Below are positions 46,628-56,913 of a stretch of 64,000 nt of DNA, piece by piece. The translations under genes and the position numbers were made by a program. The DNA comes from Spirochaetota bacterium (GTDB lineage Bacteria; Spirochaetota; UBA4802; UBA5550): assembly GCA_050298055.1 (NCBI GenBank), contig JBNKTL010000011.1, positions 1-64,000 on the forward strand, given 5' to 3'. Under the pieces are notes generated by a model, which searched no databases, was not told the origin of the DNA, and worked only from the letters and a program-made list of their open reading frames with translations. Positions within the stretch are counted from its first letter, which is position 1. Each line of letters starts with the position of its first letter.

Positions 46628-48232
46628 TTGATGAAGACTTATTTATTCTCCTTTAGCCTGTTAGGAGCAGCAATAATAATGATAGTGTGTATTTCCCTTA
46701 CTTTCGCTTTTGCTGAAGGAGAAAATCAGGCTGAAAATAGACAAGTTAAAAAAACAATTGATGACCTTGCCGAGGAAAAAATTGCAGAATGCGGCAGATG
46801 CTCAAGAACAAGGGCCGCCACAAGAACGGATGAAATCATGCGCATAAGATGCTGGCTTGATTGCCTGGCAGATTATGCTAAACAAGAAAATGAAAAACTC
46901 TACAGCTATGGCATTGCTTTTAAAATCGATAATTTTTTAAATAAGGATGAAAAAGACTTTAAAGATAATGTTGAAGGTTTTACGAGAATGCGGGAGATGA
47001 ATAATTGTCTTTTTCAATTATTTGGAGAAATTGGAGGCAAAAAAGATAAAAGAAAACGTTCTCGAGATGAAATTACACTTTCTGTATTTAAAACGGCCAT
47101 AAATATCGATAAACTGGTCATTGATTTATCGGACCTCTTACTTTTATTAAAACTGGATAACATCACCCATCTTTGTGAAAGAGATATACTTCAAGAAAAA
47201 ATAAGCACTACTCCCGGTCTTAAACATCTTCTCAAAGACGGTGAGTTAGAGGATAATATGTATGACCATTTTTGTGGTAATATTTCCAGTAGACTTACAA
47301 ATGAAGATAAAATAAATCTTACAAATCCGAGAAGAAGTTTAATAAAAAAAATTCTTCGTAAAAAAGAACCTTCAAAAAAAAGCCTCATTTTCAAACTTGT
47401 AGCCTGCAATAAAGTTTATGGTTTCTGTCTCTATGGAGCAAAGAGAACACCAATAAAACAGAAAAAAGAATGTCAAAAGTATATAGGGAGAAGAAATAGT
47501 CCCAGGTCCGAAGACTGGTATCAGGGATGTATTGCCGGCATTGACCGCCACCTCAGTGATTATAAAGGTGATGAACGAAAGTACTATAGTACTACCGCCG
47601 GTTTTGGAGTTTATTACGGTAATAGTTCATATAGATACCTGAATGATCATTTTTCAGATAATGGTAAAGGGATGGTCTGTAGTACAGCCGGAATTAAAAT
47701 TATCGATACCTATGAGAAAGAGAGTACAATTGGAAGGATAAATGTGAACGTACTGCGAAAGGCAGGGATTTACCTGCCCCCCCAGACACATGGAAATAAG
47801 ACAATTAATCCTCTCAATTATAATTACTTTTATGCGCCGGATCTCTTTGAAATCGCATCGCAGGGATATATTATTGAATTTGGGTCAATTTCTGGACATG
47901 CTTTTGTTTCAAAATATGCTATTCCCAAAAGGAATTGCAGATATGCCAATATCACCGATTTTAAAACCTGTGAAAGCTTTTATGAACGCCAGGAAAGGGA
48001 ATATGGTTTAATTCCCAATCTCCATAAAAAGGGATTGCTGAGATTTCTTCTTTCAGGTAACGGAAACAGGGATATGCAGAATCGAATGCTTACCTATTTT
48101 GCATCAAAAATCAATGGATGTGGTTTTGCTGACCGACTAAAAGCCAAAGTAAATTCATCGCCGGACCTGAAAAGGTATTTCCTGAGTAAACCTCTGTTGA
48201 AACAATATATAACCGAACCGGCAGTCAAATAA
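46628..48232 (+). CDS. Hypothetical Cys-rich secreted protein
   Basis: 534-aa ORF with GGAG RBS, signal peptide (AFA-E) and about 16 Cys; no recognisable domain. Confidence 0.7.
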   Translation: MMKTYLFSFSLLGAAIIMIVCISLTFAFAEGENQAENRQVKKTIDDLAEEKIAECGRCSRTRAATRTDEIMRIRCWLDCLADYAKQENEKLYSYGIAFKIDNFLNKDEKDFKDNVEGFTRMREMNNCLFQLFGEIGGKKDKRKRSRDEITLSVFKTAINIDKLVIDLSDLLLLLKLDNITHLCERDILQEKISTTPGLKHLLKDGELEDNMYDHFCGNISSRLTNEDKINLTNPRRSLIKKILRKKEPSKKSLIFKLVACNKVYGFCLYGAKRTPIKQKKECQKYIGRRNSPRSEDWYQGCIAGIDRHLSDYKGDERKYYSTTAGFGVYYGNSSYRYLNDHFSDNGKGMVCSTAGIKIIDTYEKESTIGRINVNVLRKAGIYLPPQTHGNKTINPLNYNYFYAPDLFEIASQGYIIEFGSISGHAFVSKYAIPKRNCRYANITDFKTCESFYERQEREYGLIPNLHKKGLLRFLLSGNGNRDMQNRMLTYFASKINGCGFADRLKAKVNSSPDLKRYFLSKPLLKQYITEPAVK

Positions 48233-48267
48233 TTAAGAGTTCAACCGGTCCGGTTTCAAAACTGTTC

Positions 48268-49542
48268 CTATTGTTTCCCTTTCCCGTTGGGAACAATGAA
48301 GTGTTCCGGTATGGGGAAGCGGGAACAGAGCATAAGGACTTCCTTCCCCACCTGTTCAATGACCTCTTCATTATCAATATTGTCCGCGATCCTGTTGAAG
48401 AATTCGGCAATAAGATCGATCTCCTCTTCCTTTATCCCCCGGGATGTTATTGCCGGTGTTCCGATCCTCAGGCCGCTGGGGTTCGCGGGGGGAGCGGTAT
48501 CTCCGGGGATTGAATTGTAATTTGTGACGATCCGTGCCCTGTCAAGGGCCTTGGCGAATTTTTTCCCGGGGATCCCTTTATTTCGAAGGTCGATGAGTAT
48601 GAGGTGGTTGTCCGATCCCCCGGAAACCAGGTTAAAACCATACTCCTGCAGCTTTTCCGCCATCCGTGATGAGTTCTTGATTATCTGTCCGGCGTAGTTT
48701 ATGAATTCGGGAGTGTCCGCTTCCGCCAGGGCGACCGCTATTGCCGCGATCGTGTGCATATGGGGGCCGCCCTGCTGTCCCGGGAAAACGGCCCTGTCGA
48801 TATTGTCGGCATGTTCTTTTTTTGAAAGGAGCATCCCTCCCCGGGGACCCCGCAGGGTCTTATGGGTGGTGGTGGAGACGACATCCGCGTAAGGGACGGG
48901 GCTTTTGTGAAGTCCCGCCACAACGAGCCCTGAAATATGCGCGATATCACTCACATGGTAAGCGCCCACTTTATCGGCAATACTTTTAAATATCTCAAAA
49001 TCAATCTCCCGGGGATATGCCGTGGCCCCCGATATAATCAGTCTGGGTTTGTGTTTTTTGGCAAGGTCCTCGATCTCATTGTAATCCAGCCGCCCGGTAT
49101 CCGGCCTGACTGTATAATAAACCGCGTTGAATATTTTACTGGTTATACTCACCTTCCAGCCGTGGGTGAGGTGGCCGCCGTCGGTAAGAGAGAGCCCCAT
49201 AATGGTATCTCCCGGTTTGATCAGGCCGTTATAGAGCGCGAGGTTTGCCACCGATCCGGAGTAGGCCTGAACATTGCAGTGTTCCGCCTTGAATACCCTT
49301 TTCCCCCTCTCCATGGCCAGGGTCTCTATGAGGTCCGTTACCTGCTGTCCTTCGTAATACCTTTTTCCCGGGTATCCTTCGGCGTATTTATTTGTAAGGC
49401 AGCTTCCCGTGGCCTCCATGACCGCTTTGGACACATAGTTTTCAGAGGGAATGAGCCTGAGGCATCCGCTCTGCCGGGTCTTCTCCTGCCTGATCAGTTC
49501 ATATATCTGCGGGTCATACTGTTTGAGTGCTGGCATAGTCAT
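48268..49542 (-). CDS. glyA: Serine hydroxymethyltransferase
   Basis: LIPSENY, NKYAEGYPGKRYY, GGHLTHG and TTTHKTLRGPRGG motifs. Confidence 0.97.
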   Translation of the reverse strand: MTMPALKQYDPQIYELIRQEKTRQSGCLRLIPSENYVSKAVMEATGSCLTNKYAEGYPGKRYYEGQQVTDLIETLAMERGKRVFKAEHCNVQAYSGSVANLALYNGLIKPGDTIMGLSLTDGGHLTHGWKVSITSKIFNAVYYTVRPDTGRLDYNEIEDLAKKHKPRLIISGATAYPREIDFEIFKSIADKVGAYHVSDIAHISGLVVAGLHKSPVPYADVVSTTTHKTLRGPRGGMLLSKKEHADNIDRAVFPGQQGGPHMHTIAAIAVALAEADTPEFINYAGQIIKNSSRMAEKLQEYGFNLVSGGSDNHLILIDLRNKGIPGKKFAKALDRARIVTNYNSIPGDTAPPANPSGLRIGTPAITSRGIKEEEIDLIAEFFNRIADNIDNEEVIEQVGKEVLMLCSRFPIPEHFIVPNGKGKQ

Positions 49543-49572
49543 CTGTTTCTCCTGTCTGTTAACATTTTCTTT

Positions 49573-52221
49573 TTATTCTGCGAGTTTATTGAGATTGGTT
49601 TCGAGTTTTTCAAGTATATCGTTATATTCCGATCTCTTGTTTCTCTCTTTTTCGATTATCTCCCCGGGGGCCTTGCTGATAAAATTTTCATTTTTGAGTT
49701 TTTTATCTATTTTTTCCAGCTCGGTCCTTATTTTATTGATCTCCTTTTCAAGACGTTCTTTCTCCTTGTCAATATCAATGAGTTCTTTCAGAGGCATGAA
49801 GATCTCAAGTTCCGGAATCACGGCGGACGCATCGGAAGGATCGGGAGTATAACCGGTGTCAATTTTGATGCTGTTCAGTTTTGCCAGGGCCCTGAGATTG
49901 GCGTCCTCCCTCCGGATAAGGGCCGCAATTCCGCTGTTTTCGGTCTTGAAGATAACAGCTGCCTGTTTATCGGGGGGGATATTCATTTCACCCCTGATGT
50001 TCCTTATCCTGTAGACGATCTCTTTAAAGGTTTCGGTTTCAGCCACTTCTGCTGGAAAGTCGAAACCGGGATCAATCTGCGGCCATTGGGAAACCATGAT
50101 ATCCTTCTCTTCTTTATCCTTTATCCTGCTCCAGATCTCCTCGGTGATAAAGGGCATAAAGGGATGAAGCATCTGTACCGATTTTTTCAGGATGTAAAAA
50201 AGCACCTGCCGGGCAGTATCCGATGATTCCTTGTCCCCGCTCTCCTTTGAGTAGATCCTCTGCTTGGAGAGTTCAAGGTACCAGTCGCAGAATTCGTGCC
50301 ACCAGAAATCGTACAGGGCATGGGCGGCATCGTTGAACCTGTACTCAGCGAGCCCCTTTGTTACATCGATGATCGTTGAGTTCAGCCTGTGGAGGATCCA
50401 CCTGTCGAAATGTTCAAGCTCGACCTTTTTGAGGTTTCGGGCCGTGAAGTCTTCCCCGAGGTTCATGAGGATAAACCGCGTTGTGTTCCAGATCTTGTTG
50501 GCAAAGGACCTGTACCCTTCGATTCTCTTCTCCGAGAGGATGATGTCCCGTCCCTGGGACGCGAATATTGCCAGGGTAAACCTGAAAGCGTCTGTGCCGT
50601 ATTTATCCATCATAACAAGGGGGTCGATGACATTTCCCCGGGATTTACTCATCTTCTGCCCCAGTTCGTCGCGGACCAGGGCGTGGATATAGACATCCCT
50701 GAAGGGAACATCGTCCATGAATTTAAGGCCCATCATGATCATCCGCGCCACCCAGAAGAAGATAATATCAAAACCGGTGACCAGGGTGCCGGTGGGATAG
50801 TATTTTTTCAATGCGTCGGTCTCGTCCGGCCAGCCCATGGTTGAAAAGGGCCAGAGACCCGATGAAAACCAGGTATCCAGGACATCTTCATCCTGACGGA
50901 TATTTTTTGAACCGCACTTTGTGCATTCAGCGGGATCATCCATTGAGACGATAAGCTCTCCGCAGTCATCGCAGAAAAAGGCGGGGATCCTGTGCCCCCA
51001 CCAGAGCTGCCGTGAAATGCACCAGTCCCTGATGTTGTACATCCATTCGAAGTAGGTCTTTGCCCAGTTCCCGGGAATAAACCGTACCTTCTTCTCTTCC
51101 ACGGCCTTAATGGCTTCATCCGCAAGGGGTTTGATCTTCACAAACCACTGCTTTGAAAGAGAGGGTTCAATGATGGTCTGGCAGCGGTAGCAGTGACCCA
51201 CGGAATGGTCATGTTTTTCTTTCTTTTCCAGGAAGCCCCTGCTCTCAAGGTCTTCAATGACCTTCTTCCGCGCGTCAAAGCGGGAGAGGCCCCGGTAGGC
51301 GGGAGCATTCTCATTGATATTCCCGTGTTGGTCCATTATGATGATCTCTTCGAGATTGTGTCTTTTTCCCATCTCGAAGTCATTGGGGTCGTGGGCCGGT
51401 GTGACCTTTACAAGTCCCGTACCGAAATCTTTGTCCACATAGCTGTCGGCAAAAACAGGGATTTTTCTCTCCATGAGGGGGAGGATGACGTTTTTCCCCA
51501 CAAGGTCCTTATATCTTTCATCTTCGGGATTGACTGCAACACCGGTATCGCCCAGCATGGTCTCGGGTCTTGTTGTGGCCACTACAATATATTCGTCGCT
51601 TCCTTCAATCGGGTACCTGATGTGCCAGAGGGCCCCTTCCAGGTCCCTGTATTCCGTCTCGATATCGGAGAGGGCGGTCTCGCACCGGGGGCACCAGTTG
51701 ATGATCCTGTATCCCTGGTAGATAAGGCCTTCCTGGTAGAGAGTCACAAAGACCTTCCGCACCGCCCGGGAAAGACCTTCATCCAGGGTAAACCTCTCCC
51801 GGGGCCAGTCAAGGGAACACCCGAGCCTTTTCAACTGGCCCTGTATCTGCCCCCCGGAGTGTTCCTTCCATTCCCATACACGCTTTTCGAAATTTTCCCT
51901 TCCCAGGTCCTTCCTGTTTTTCCCCTCCTCACGGAGGAGCTTCTCCACAACATTCTGGGTTGCAATTCCCGCGTGGTCCATGCCGGGCATCCAGAGAACG
52001 GACTTCCCGGACATCCTCTGCCACCGGGCCAGTATGTCCTGGAGGGTATTGTTCAGGGCGTGCCCCATGTGAAGATTTCCCGTAACATTGGGGGGGGGGA
52101 TGACTATGGAGTATGGCTCCCTGCCGTCTTTTTCATCAGCATGAAAATATCCCTTTTCTTCCCAGTAGCCGTACCATTTTTTTTCGACTTCTTCGGGTTG
52201 ATATGATGATGGAAGTTCCAT
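49573..52221 (-). CDS. valS: Valine--tRNA ligase
   Basis: PPPNVTGNLHMGHA, WCISRQLWWGH and KMSKS motifs; C-terminal coiled coil. Confidence 0.98.
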   Translation of the reverse strand: MELPSSYQPEEVEKKWYGYWEEKGYFHADEKDGREPYSIVIPPPNVTGNLHMGHALNNTLQDILARWQRMSGKSVLWMPGMDHAGIATQNVVEKLLREEGKNRKDLGRENFEKRVWEWKEHSGGQIQGQLKRLGCSLDWPRERFTLDEGLSRAVRKVFVTLYQEGLIYQGYRIINWCPRCETALSDIETEYRDLEGALWHIRYPIEGSDEYIVVATTRPETMLGDTGVAVNPEDERYKDLVGKNVILPLMERKIPVFADSYVDKDFGTGLVKVTPAHDPNDFEMGKRHNLEEIIIMDQHGNINENAPAYRGLSRFDARKKVIEDLESRGFLEKKEKHDHSVGHCYRCQTIIEPSLSKQWFVKIKPLADEAIKAVEEKKVRFIPGNWAKTYFEWMYNIRDWCISRQLWWGHRIPAFFCDDCGELIVSMDDPAECTKCGSKNIRQDEDVLDTWFSSGLWPFSTMGWPDETDALKKYYPTGTLVTGFDIIFFWVARMIMMGLKFMDDVPFRDVYIHALVRDELGQKMSKSRGNVIDPLVMMDKYGTDAFRFTLAIFASQGRDIILSEKRIEGYRSFANKIWNTTRFILMNLGEDFTARNLKKVELEHFDRWILHRLNSTIIDVTKGLAEYRFNDAAHALYDFWWHEFCDWYLELSKQRIYSKESGDKESSDTARQVLFYILKKSVQMLHPFMPFITEEIWSRIKDKEEKDIMVSQWPQIDPGFDFPAEVAETETFKEIVYRIRNIRGEMNIPPDKQAAVIFKTENSGIAALIRREDANLRALAKLNSIKIDTGYTPDPSDASAVIPELEIFMPLKELIDIDKEKERLEKEINKIRTELEKIDKKLKNENFISKAPGEIIEKERNKRSEYNDILEKLETNLNKLAE

Positions 52222-52400
52222 GGTAATTCCTCAATTATTGATAGCTAAAGAAGAAATAAACGTATATTCATAAAAACTTGTTCCCGGTCCCCGGTTTTTC
52301 GGGGACAAGTTTCGCGGGAATGTCATGGGATGGGTTACCTGTTACGGCGATACCCTTTCGTTGTCATTTAGTGGCAGGTGTAAAATGTGTCAAATAAATT

Positions 52401-52925
52401 TTATCTGAGCTTTTTCAGGGCATTCTCAAGCTTGTTCAGGGTATCTTTTTTGTATCCTGTGGTTTTCAGGACAAAATATCCCTTTTTATCAACCACAAAT
52501 GTGGAAGGGACGTTGAGTTCTGTTTTCCGGTCCTTCCCGCCGGAGGCCTTCATATACTGCTTGATGGCAACCTGGTATATATCAAGAAGGTAATCGTGGT
52601 GAACGCCTATTTCGTTCAAAAATCCGTCTGCCTTCTCCTTGGCGGGTTTTTCTTTGTTTGTATCAACATTTATTAAAACCAGGCGCAGGTTTTTACTCTT
52701 CTCGTATTTTTTAAAGAGCTTAATGATTTCCGGCATTTCATGTTTGCACGGTTTGCAGTAGCTTGCCCAGAAGGAGATGATAAGATTGCCTTTCATCTGT
52801 GATCGGGACGTGTATTCTCCCCTGTTGTTCAGGAGGGCAAAGCCGGGGGCTTTTTTTGCTGCCCCGGATATTTCCCCCGTGACGAGCAACAGAAAAGATA
52901 ATGTGAATAGTGCCAATTTCTTCAT
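52401..52925 (-). CDS. TlpA/ResA-like thiol-disulfide oxidoreductase
   Basis: Signal peptide, FWASYCKPC and VPSTFVVDKKG motifs. Confidence 0.9.
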   Translation of the reverse strand: MKKLALFTLSFLLLVTGEISGAAKKAPGFALLNNRGEYTSRSQMKGNLIISFWASYCKPCKHEMPEIIKLFKKYEKSKNLRLVLINVDTNKEKPAKEKADGFLNEIGVHHDYLLDIYQVAIKQYMKASGGKDRKTELNVPSTFVVDKKGYFVLKTTGYKKDTLNKLENALKKLR

Positions 52926-53169
52926 AATCCTGGTTCTCCGATTTCTGTAATTTATCCGGTCACTGGGCTGCAATTTTATAAAGTCTCGTTATAAACTGCA
53001 AGATTATTTTTTATTAAAATGTACTCAGTTATTCTCAAATTCCATCAAAAAAAGTAATGGACAGAGCCGGGATCTTTTATCAGATTTTATCAATTATAAA
53101 AATCGTTTAATATCTCTGAAAAAACTCTGTCTTATAAAAAACGGATAAATTTATTAAAGGGGAACTCTC

Positions 53170-54120
53170 TTGAAAAAACTGATCATTTTACTTGTACAAT
53201 TCATAACCCTGGTATCCCTGCCAATGGTTTATGCCGGTGATAATTTTGTTAAAGATGAGAAAAAAAATGATAAAATCAGGATAAATCTGGGGCCCGCTCT
53301 CTGGGGGGGGCATACCACATACCGGATCGGGTACCCGGTTGAAGATTCAACGGGAAAATATTCGGGGCATTTTCCCTTCAGTGAACTGAGGTTTCCCATT
53401 ACCTCTTTTTCCGCATCGGTTGCCGGTGAGTATGATATTTCCGAAAAGATAAGCGTGGGTTTCAGGTTTGACAGGAACCTGTCAACTTATACGGGACTGA
53501 TGAAGGATTCCGACTGGCTGGATAATACGAGTAAACTCGATGTCTATTCCGAAAGTGATACCGAGATGAGCGCTTACTTCTTTGATCTTGACGCCGGTTA
53601 CACTTTTTATAAAAAGAAAAAATGGCAGATCAGCGCAGGGGGCGGCCTGATCTACAGGTATTTCTCTTTCCAATGCAGTGACGCGGAGCAGGTCTATCCT
53701 TCCGGAGATTACGGTTACGGGACAGACTATGTGGATGGTGTTGGGATTACCTACCAGGCAGTATTCCTCATCCCCTATGCTCAGGTAAAAGCAGGTTACA
53801 CGGTATCAAAAAAAATTGATCTTGCGGGAAGGATCGGGATATCGCCCTATCTGCGAATATGGGACCGGGATGAACATATTGCCCGGGTCCCTCCGATCTA
53901 TGCGGACGGGACATACAGCGGGTACGCGGGCCTTTTTTCTTTTAAGGCACGCTACAGTATCACAAAGAGATGGTCCGTCACTGCCGCATACAACTGGATC
54001 TATATACTGGCAGAGGGTGAACAGGACAATACAGAGAGCGGAAGTGATCCCTGGACCACTGCCGCCGAGATTGAGAGCAACCAGTATATGCTTCTCCTCT
54101 ACGCCGGCTACAGCTTCTAG
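53170..54120 (+). CDS. Omptin family outer-membrane protease
   Basis: Signal peptide; SEL.FP, GLMKDSDW, D.YSES and DRDEHIAR catalytic-type motifs; C-terminal YSF. Confidence 0.82.
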   Translation: MKKLIILLVQFITLVSLPMVYAGDNFVKDEKKNDKIRINLGPALWGGHTTYRIGYPVEDSTGKYSGHFPFSELRFPITSFSASVAGEYDISEKISVGFRFDRNLSTYTGLMKDSDWLDNTSKLDVYSESDTEMSAYFFDLDAGYTFYKKKKWQISAGGGLIYRYFSFQCSDAEQVYPSGDYGYGTDYVDGVGITYQAVFLIPYAQVKAGYTVSKKIDLAGRIGISPYLRIWDRDEHIARVPPIYADGTYSGYAGLFSFKARYSITKRWSVTAAYNWIYILAEGEQDNTESGSDPWTTAAEIESNQYMLLLYAGYSF

Positions 54121-54273
54121 TGCTTCAACCGCTTTATTTTTAACTCATTATGATTGGTTAACTGCAGGAACATCCAGCTATTAAGTGAATCTTATTGACG
54201 CTAAATTACGCGGGCTCAGCACGAGCTGATATTTTCTTATTTACACAGAACCGGCGTTCTTTATTTTTAACTT

Positions 54274-55005
54274 ATGAGGCCCTACACGGAGCTTGCGCTC
54301 TCATATGACTTTATGCTGAAACACGTAGATTACCAGTCCTGGTATATCTATATCAGCACAATCATGATCAGGTATATTGATAATCCCCGGGTCATCCTGG
54401 AGCTGGGCTGCGGTACCGGTAAATTTGGCGCCAAGTTTTCCGCGGATGATTTCCAGGTATTCGGACTGGACAGGTCCATTGAAATGCTGAAGGTCGCGCG
54501 GGTAAGGGCATTTAAGAACTTCCGTATTGTCTGCGGGGACATGACAGATTTTTACTTTTCCCGGAAATTTGATTATATTTTTTCCGTACACGACACGCTG
54601 AACTACCTGCTGGAATATTCCCAGATAAGGAAACTCTTCAGGTCGGTAAAGGGTGTGATGCACAGGGAGAGTGTTTTCATGTTCGATATAACAACAGAGT
54701 ACAATATCAACGCTCATTTTGACGGAAAGACCAGCTACTACAGAACGGAAAGCGCGGAGATTGAATGGAGCAATGTCTATGACAGGGAGTGTTCCCTGGT
54801 CTTTTCCACCCTTAAATTCAACAGAAAGGATGGGAAGGAATCGGTAGAAGAACATGTTCAGAGGATCTACACCGTTGATGAATTAGTCAAACTGCTGGGA
54901 GAAGAAGGCTTTGAGGTGATGGATATTTTCGGTGATTATACATTTGAACCGCCCCATAATAAAACGGTGATGATAAATTTTATAACCAGGGTAAGAAGTT
55001 CATGA
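54274..55005 (+). CDS. Class I SAM-dependent methyltransferase
   Basis: ILELGCGTG, GLDRSIEML and DTLNYL motifs. Confidence 0.9.
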   Translation: MRPYTELALSYDFMLKHVDYQSWYIYISTIMIRYIDNPRVILELGCGTGKFGAKFSADDFQVFGLDRSIEMLKVARVRAFKNFRIVCGDMTDFYFSRKFDYIFSVHDTLNYLLEYSQIRKLFRSVKGVMHRESVFMFDITTEYNINAHFDGKTSYYRTESAEIEWSNVYDRECSLVFSTLKFNRKDGKESVEEHVQRIYTVDELVKLLGEEGFEVMDIFGDYTFEPPHNKTVMINFITRVRSS

Positions 55006-55346
55006 CGGTGATAATCTATCTTGCGGGCCTCGTTATCGGAGCGGCCCTTTTCTTCTACATCCTCTCCCTCTACCATGAAGGGAAGGAGAAACTCAGGAAG
55101 GTCCCCGGGAAAGGGAACACTTCCCGGCCTTCCCGTGAAGGAAGCGAATCGACCCTGGAAGCAGGCAGGGTCTCCTATCCGCACCTCAAAGGAATACCCC
55201 CCGGGGAGAGGATGTGCCCCATCTGCAGGAATTCACTTTCAAAGTATGAGCCGCTCTATGCTTCACAGGTTGACACGGAATCGGGGAGCAGGATATTGAT
55301 ATACGGGTGCGGGCACTGTTATAAAGAGAACGGGTCTTCTGACTGA
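55002..55346 (+). CDS. Small membrane-anchored Zn-ribbon protein
   Basis: N-terminal TM plus CPIC...CGHC. Confidence 0.7.
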   Translation: MTVIIYLAGLVIGAALFFYILSLYHEGKEKLRKVPGKGNTSRPSREGSESTLEAGRVSYPHLKGIPPGERMCPICRNSLSKYEPLYASQVDTESGSRILIYGCGHCYKENGSSD

Positions 55347-56056
55347 TCGTCTTCGGGTTCACGTGTTCCCCGTTCAATCTCCTTATTATACTCCGGTGAA
55401 AAATCGAGGTCTTTGTTCCAGCCGTATCGTCCCCTGATTGAATCGAACTGGCAGAAATCATGAAACTCTACCCTGCTCTGGGGAATGCTTCCGTCTGAAA
55501 GCAAATTCCTGAATAAAATGATCTGCTGCTGCAGGGGTGTCCCCATGGGGAAAACCGCAGAGCCTTCGTCGTTGAGGAGATTAATCACCGAATAGGGATT
55601 GCTGTTGCAGCCGCAGAGGACTATCAGGGCGTCGAAAAAACCGAGGTCTTCCCGGTTGTCCGTCCCGTCACCGGCATAGAATTTTATGTTTTTCAGTCCC
55701 GTGTCTTTCAGGCGGTCCCTTGCGGCAACAGCCAGCTCCTCATGGTATTCAATTGTCACAACCTCCGATACCAGGGGAGCAATGAGCGCGGTGGAATATC
55801 CCGACCCGGTCCCGATCTCCAGTACTCTCGATTTTTTCTTAAGATCCAGGAGCTGTATCATCCTGGCCAGCACCGGCAGGCTTTCGCTTTTTTCATGAAG
55901 CCCTATGGGGATGGGATCAGGTCCGTAGAGCCTTTCCCTGAATAGGGGATCAAAAAACTTTTCCCTCTCTGTCTTTTCAATGACATCCAGGATCTTCTTT
56001 TTGATCTTGTTCTTCTTTAATGTTTCCAGGAGTTTATTTAATTCTTTTTTCTTCAT
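55319..56056 (-). CDS. pcm: Protein-L-isoaspartate O-methyltransferase-like protein
   Basis: REKF, PIPIG, VLEIGTGSGYSTA and VVTIE motifs; the QTISQP motif is diverged. Confidence 0.75.
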   Translation of the reverse strand: MKKKELNKLLETLKKNKIKKKILDVIEKTEREKFFDPLFRERLYGPDPIPIGLHEKSESLPVLARMIQLLDLKKKSRVLEIGTGSGYSTALIAPLVSEVVTIEYHEELAVAARDRLKDTGLKNIKFYAGDGTDNREDLGFFDALIVLCGCNSNPYSVINLLNDEGSAVFPMGTPLQQQIILFRNLLSDGSIPQSRVEFHDFCQFDSIRGRYGWNKDLDFSPEYNKEIERGTREPEDDQSEDPFSL

Positions 56057-56130
56057 TTTTTATGAATTAACAATAAAAAAATTACAGGTATCTAAAATTA
56101 ATTGGATTGAAAAAAAGTAAATCATTTTTC

Positions 56131-56913
56131 TTACTTTTCTATAAACTGCAGTAAATATGTGAGAAAATAGTCAGATATAAGTATTGCCATGGATGAGAGG
56201 ACCACGGCCTGTATGGTGGCCCTGCCCACTCCTTCCGCCCCGCCCCTGGTGTTAAAGCCCTGGTAGCAGGAGATGATGGCGATTTCTATTCCAAAAAAAA
56301 CCGATTTGATCAGACCGGTGACAAAGTCCATGAGGCGTATATACTGGAGAATGTTACTGACATATTTCCCTATTGTGATTTCCAGTGAAAGATAGGCGAT
56401 GAGCGCGCCTCCCATGACACCCACAATGTCCGTGAGCACGGTAAGTGCCGGGGTCATTGTGAAAGAGGCCAGGAACCTGGGTACGGCAAGGTACTGTACC
56501 GGGTTTGCCCGGAGGGTCTTCAGGGCATCGATCTGCTCTGTGACCTTCATGGTCCCGATCTCCGCCGCGATTGATGAGCCGACCCTTCCCGCGAGAAGAA
56601 GTCCCGTGAGCACGGGACAGAGTTCTCTGAACAGGGATATGGTTACCGCGCTTCCGATAAAGATTGACGAACCGGACATTAGTGCGTCCATGGCGCGCCC
56701 TATCTGGTATGCCATGACCATGCCCGTGAAAAAGAGGGTGATGGTTGTTACCGGAAGGGACTTGTACCCGATCTCAACCATCTGGTTGATGACGTTCTTT
56801 GAGTCAAAGGGAGGTCTCAGGGACCACCTCACCGTGTCCCTGAAGAGTATGAAATATCCTCCTATCTGTTCAAAAAAGAGGAGGAGCAGGTTCCTGGGAT
56901 CAGTTGAGGTCAT
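56131..56913 (-). CDS. mlaE: MlaE family ABC transporter permease
   Basis: RELCPVLTGLLLAGRVGSSIAAEIGTMKVTEQIDAL and GGAEGVGRAT motifs. Start set at MTSTD, overlapping the dnaB end. Confidence 0.92.
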   Translation of the reverse strand: MTSTDPRNLLLLFFEQIGGYFILFRDTVRWSLRPPFDSKNVINQMVEIGYKSLPVTTITLFFTGMVMAYQIGRAMDALMSGSSIFIGSAVTISLFRELCPVLTGLLLAGRVGSSIAAEIGTMKVTEQIDALKTLRANPVQYLAVPRFLASFTMTPALTVLTDIVGVMGGALIAYLSLEITIGKYVSNILQYIRLMDFVTGLIKSVFFGIEIAIISCYQGFNTRGGAEGVGRATIQAVVLSSMAILISDYFLTYLLQFIEK

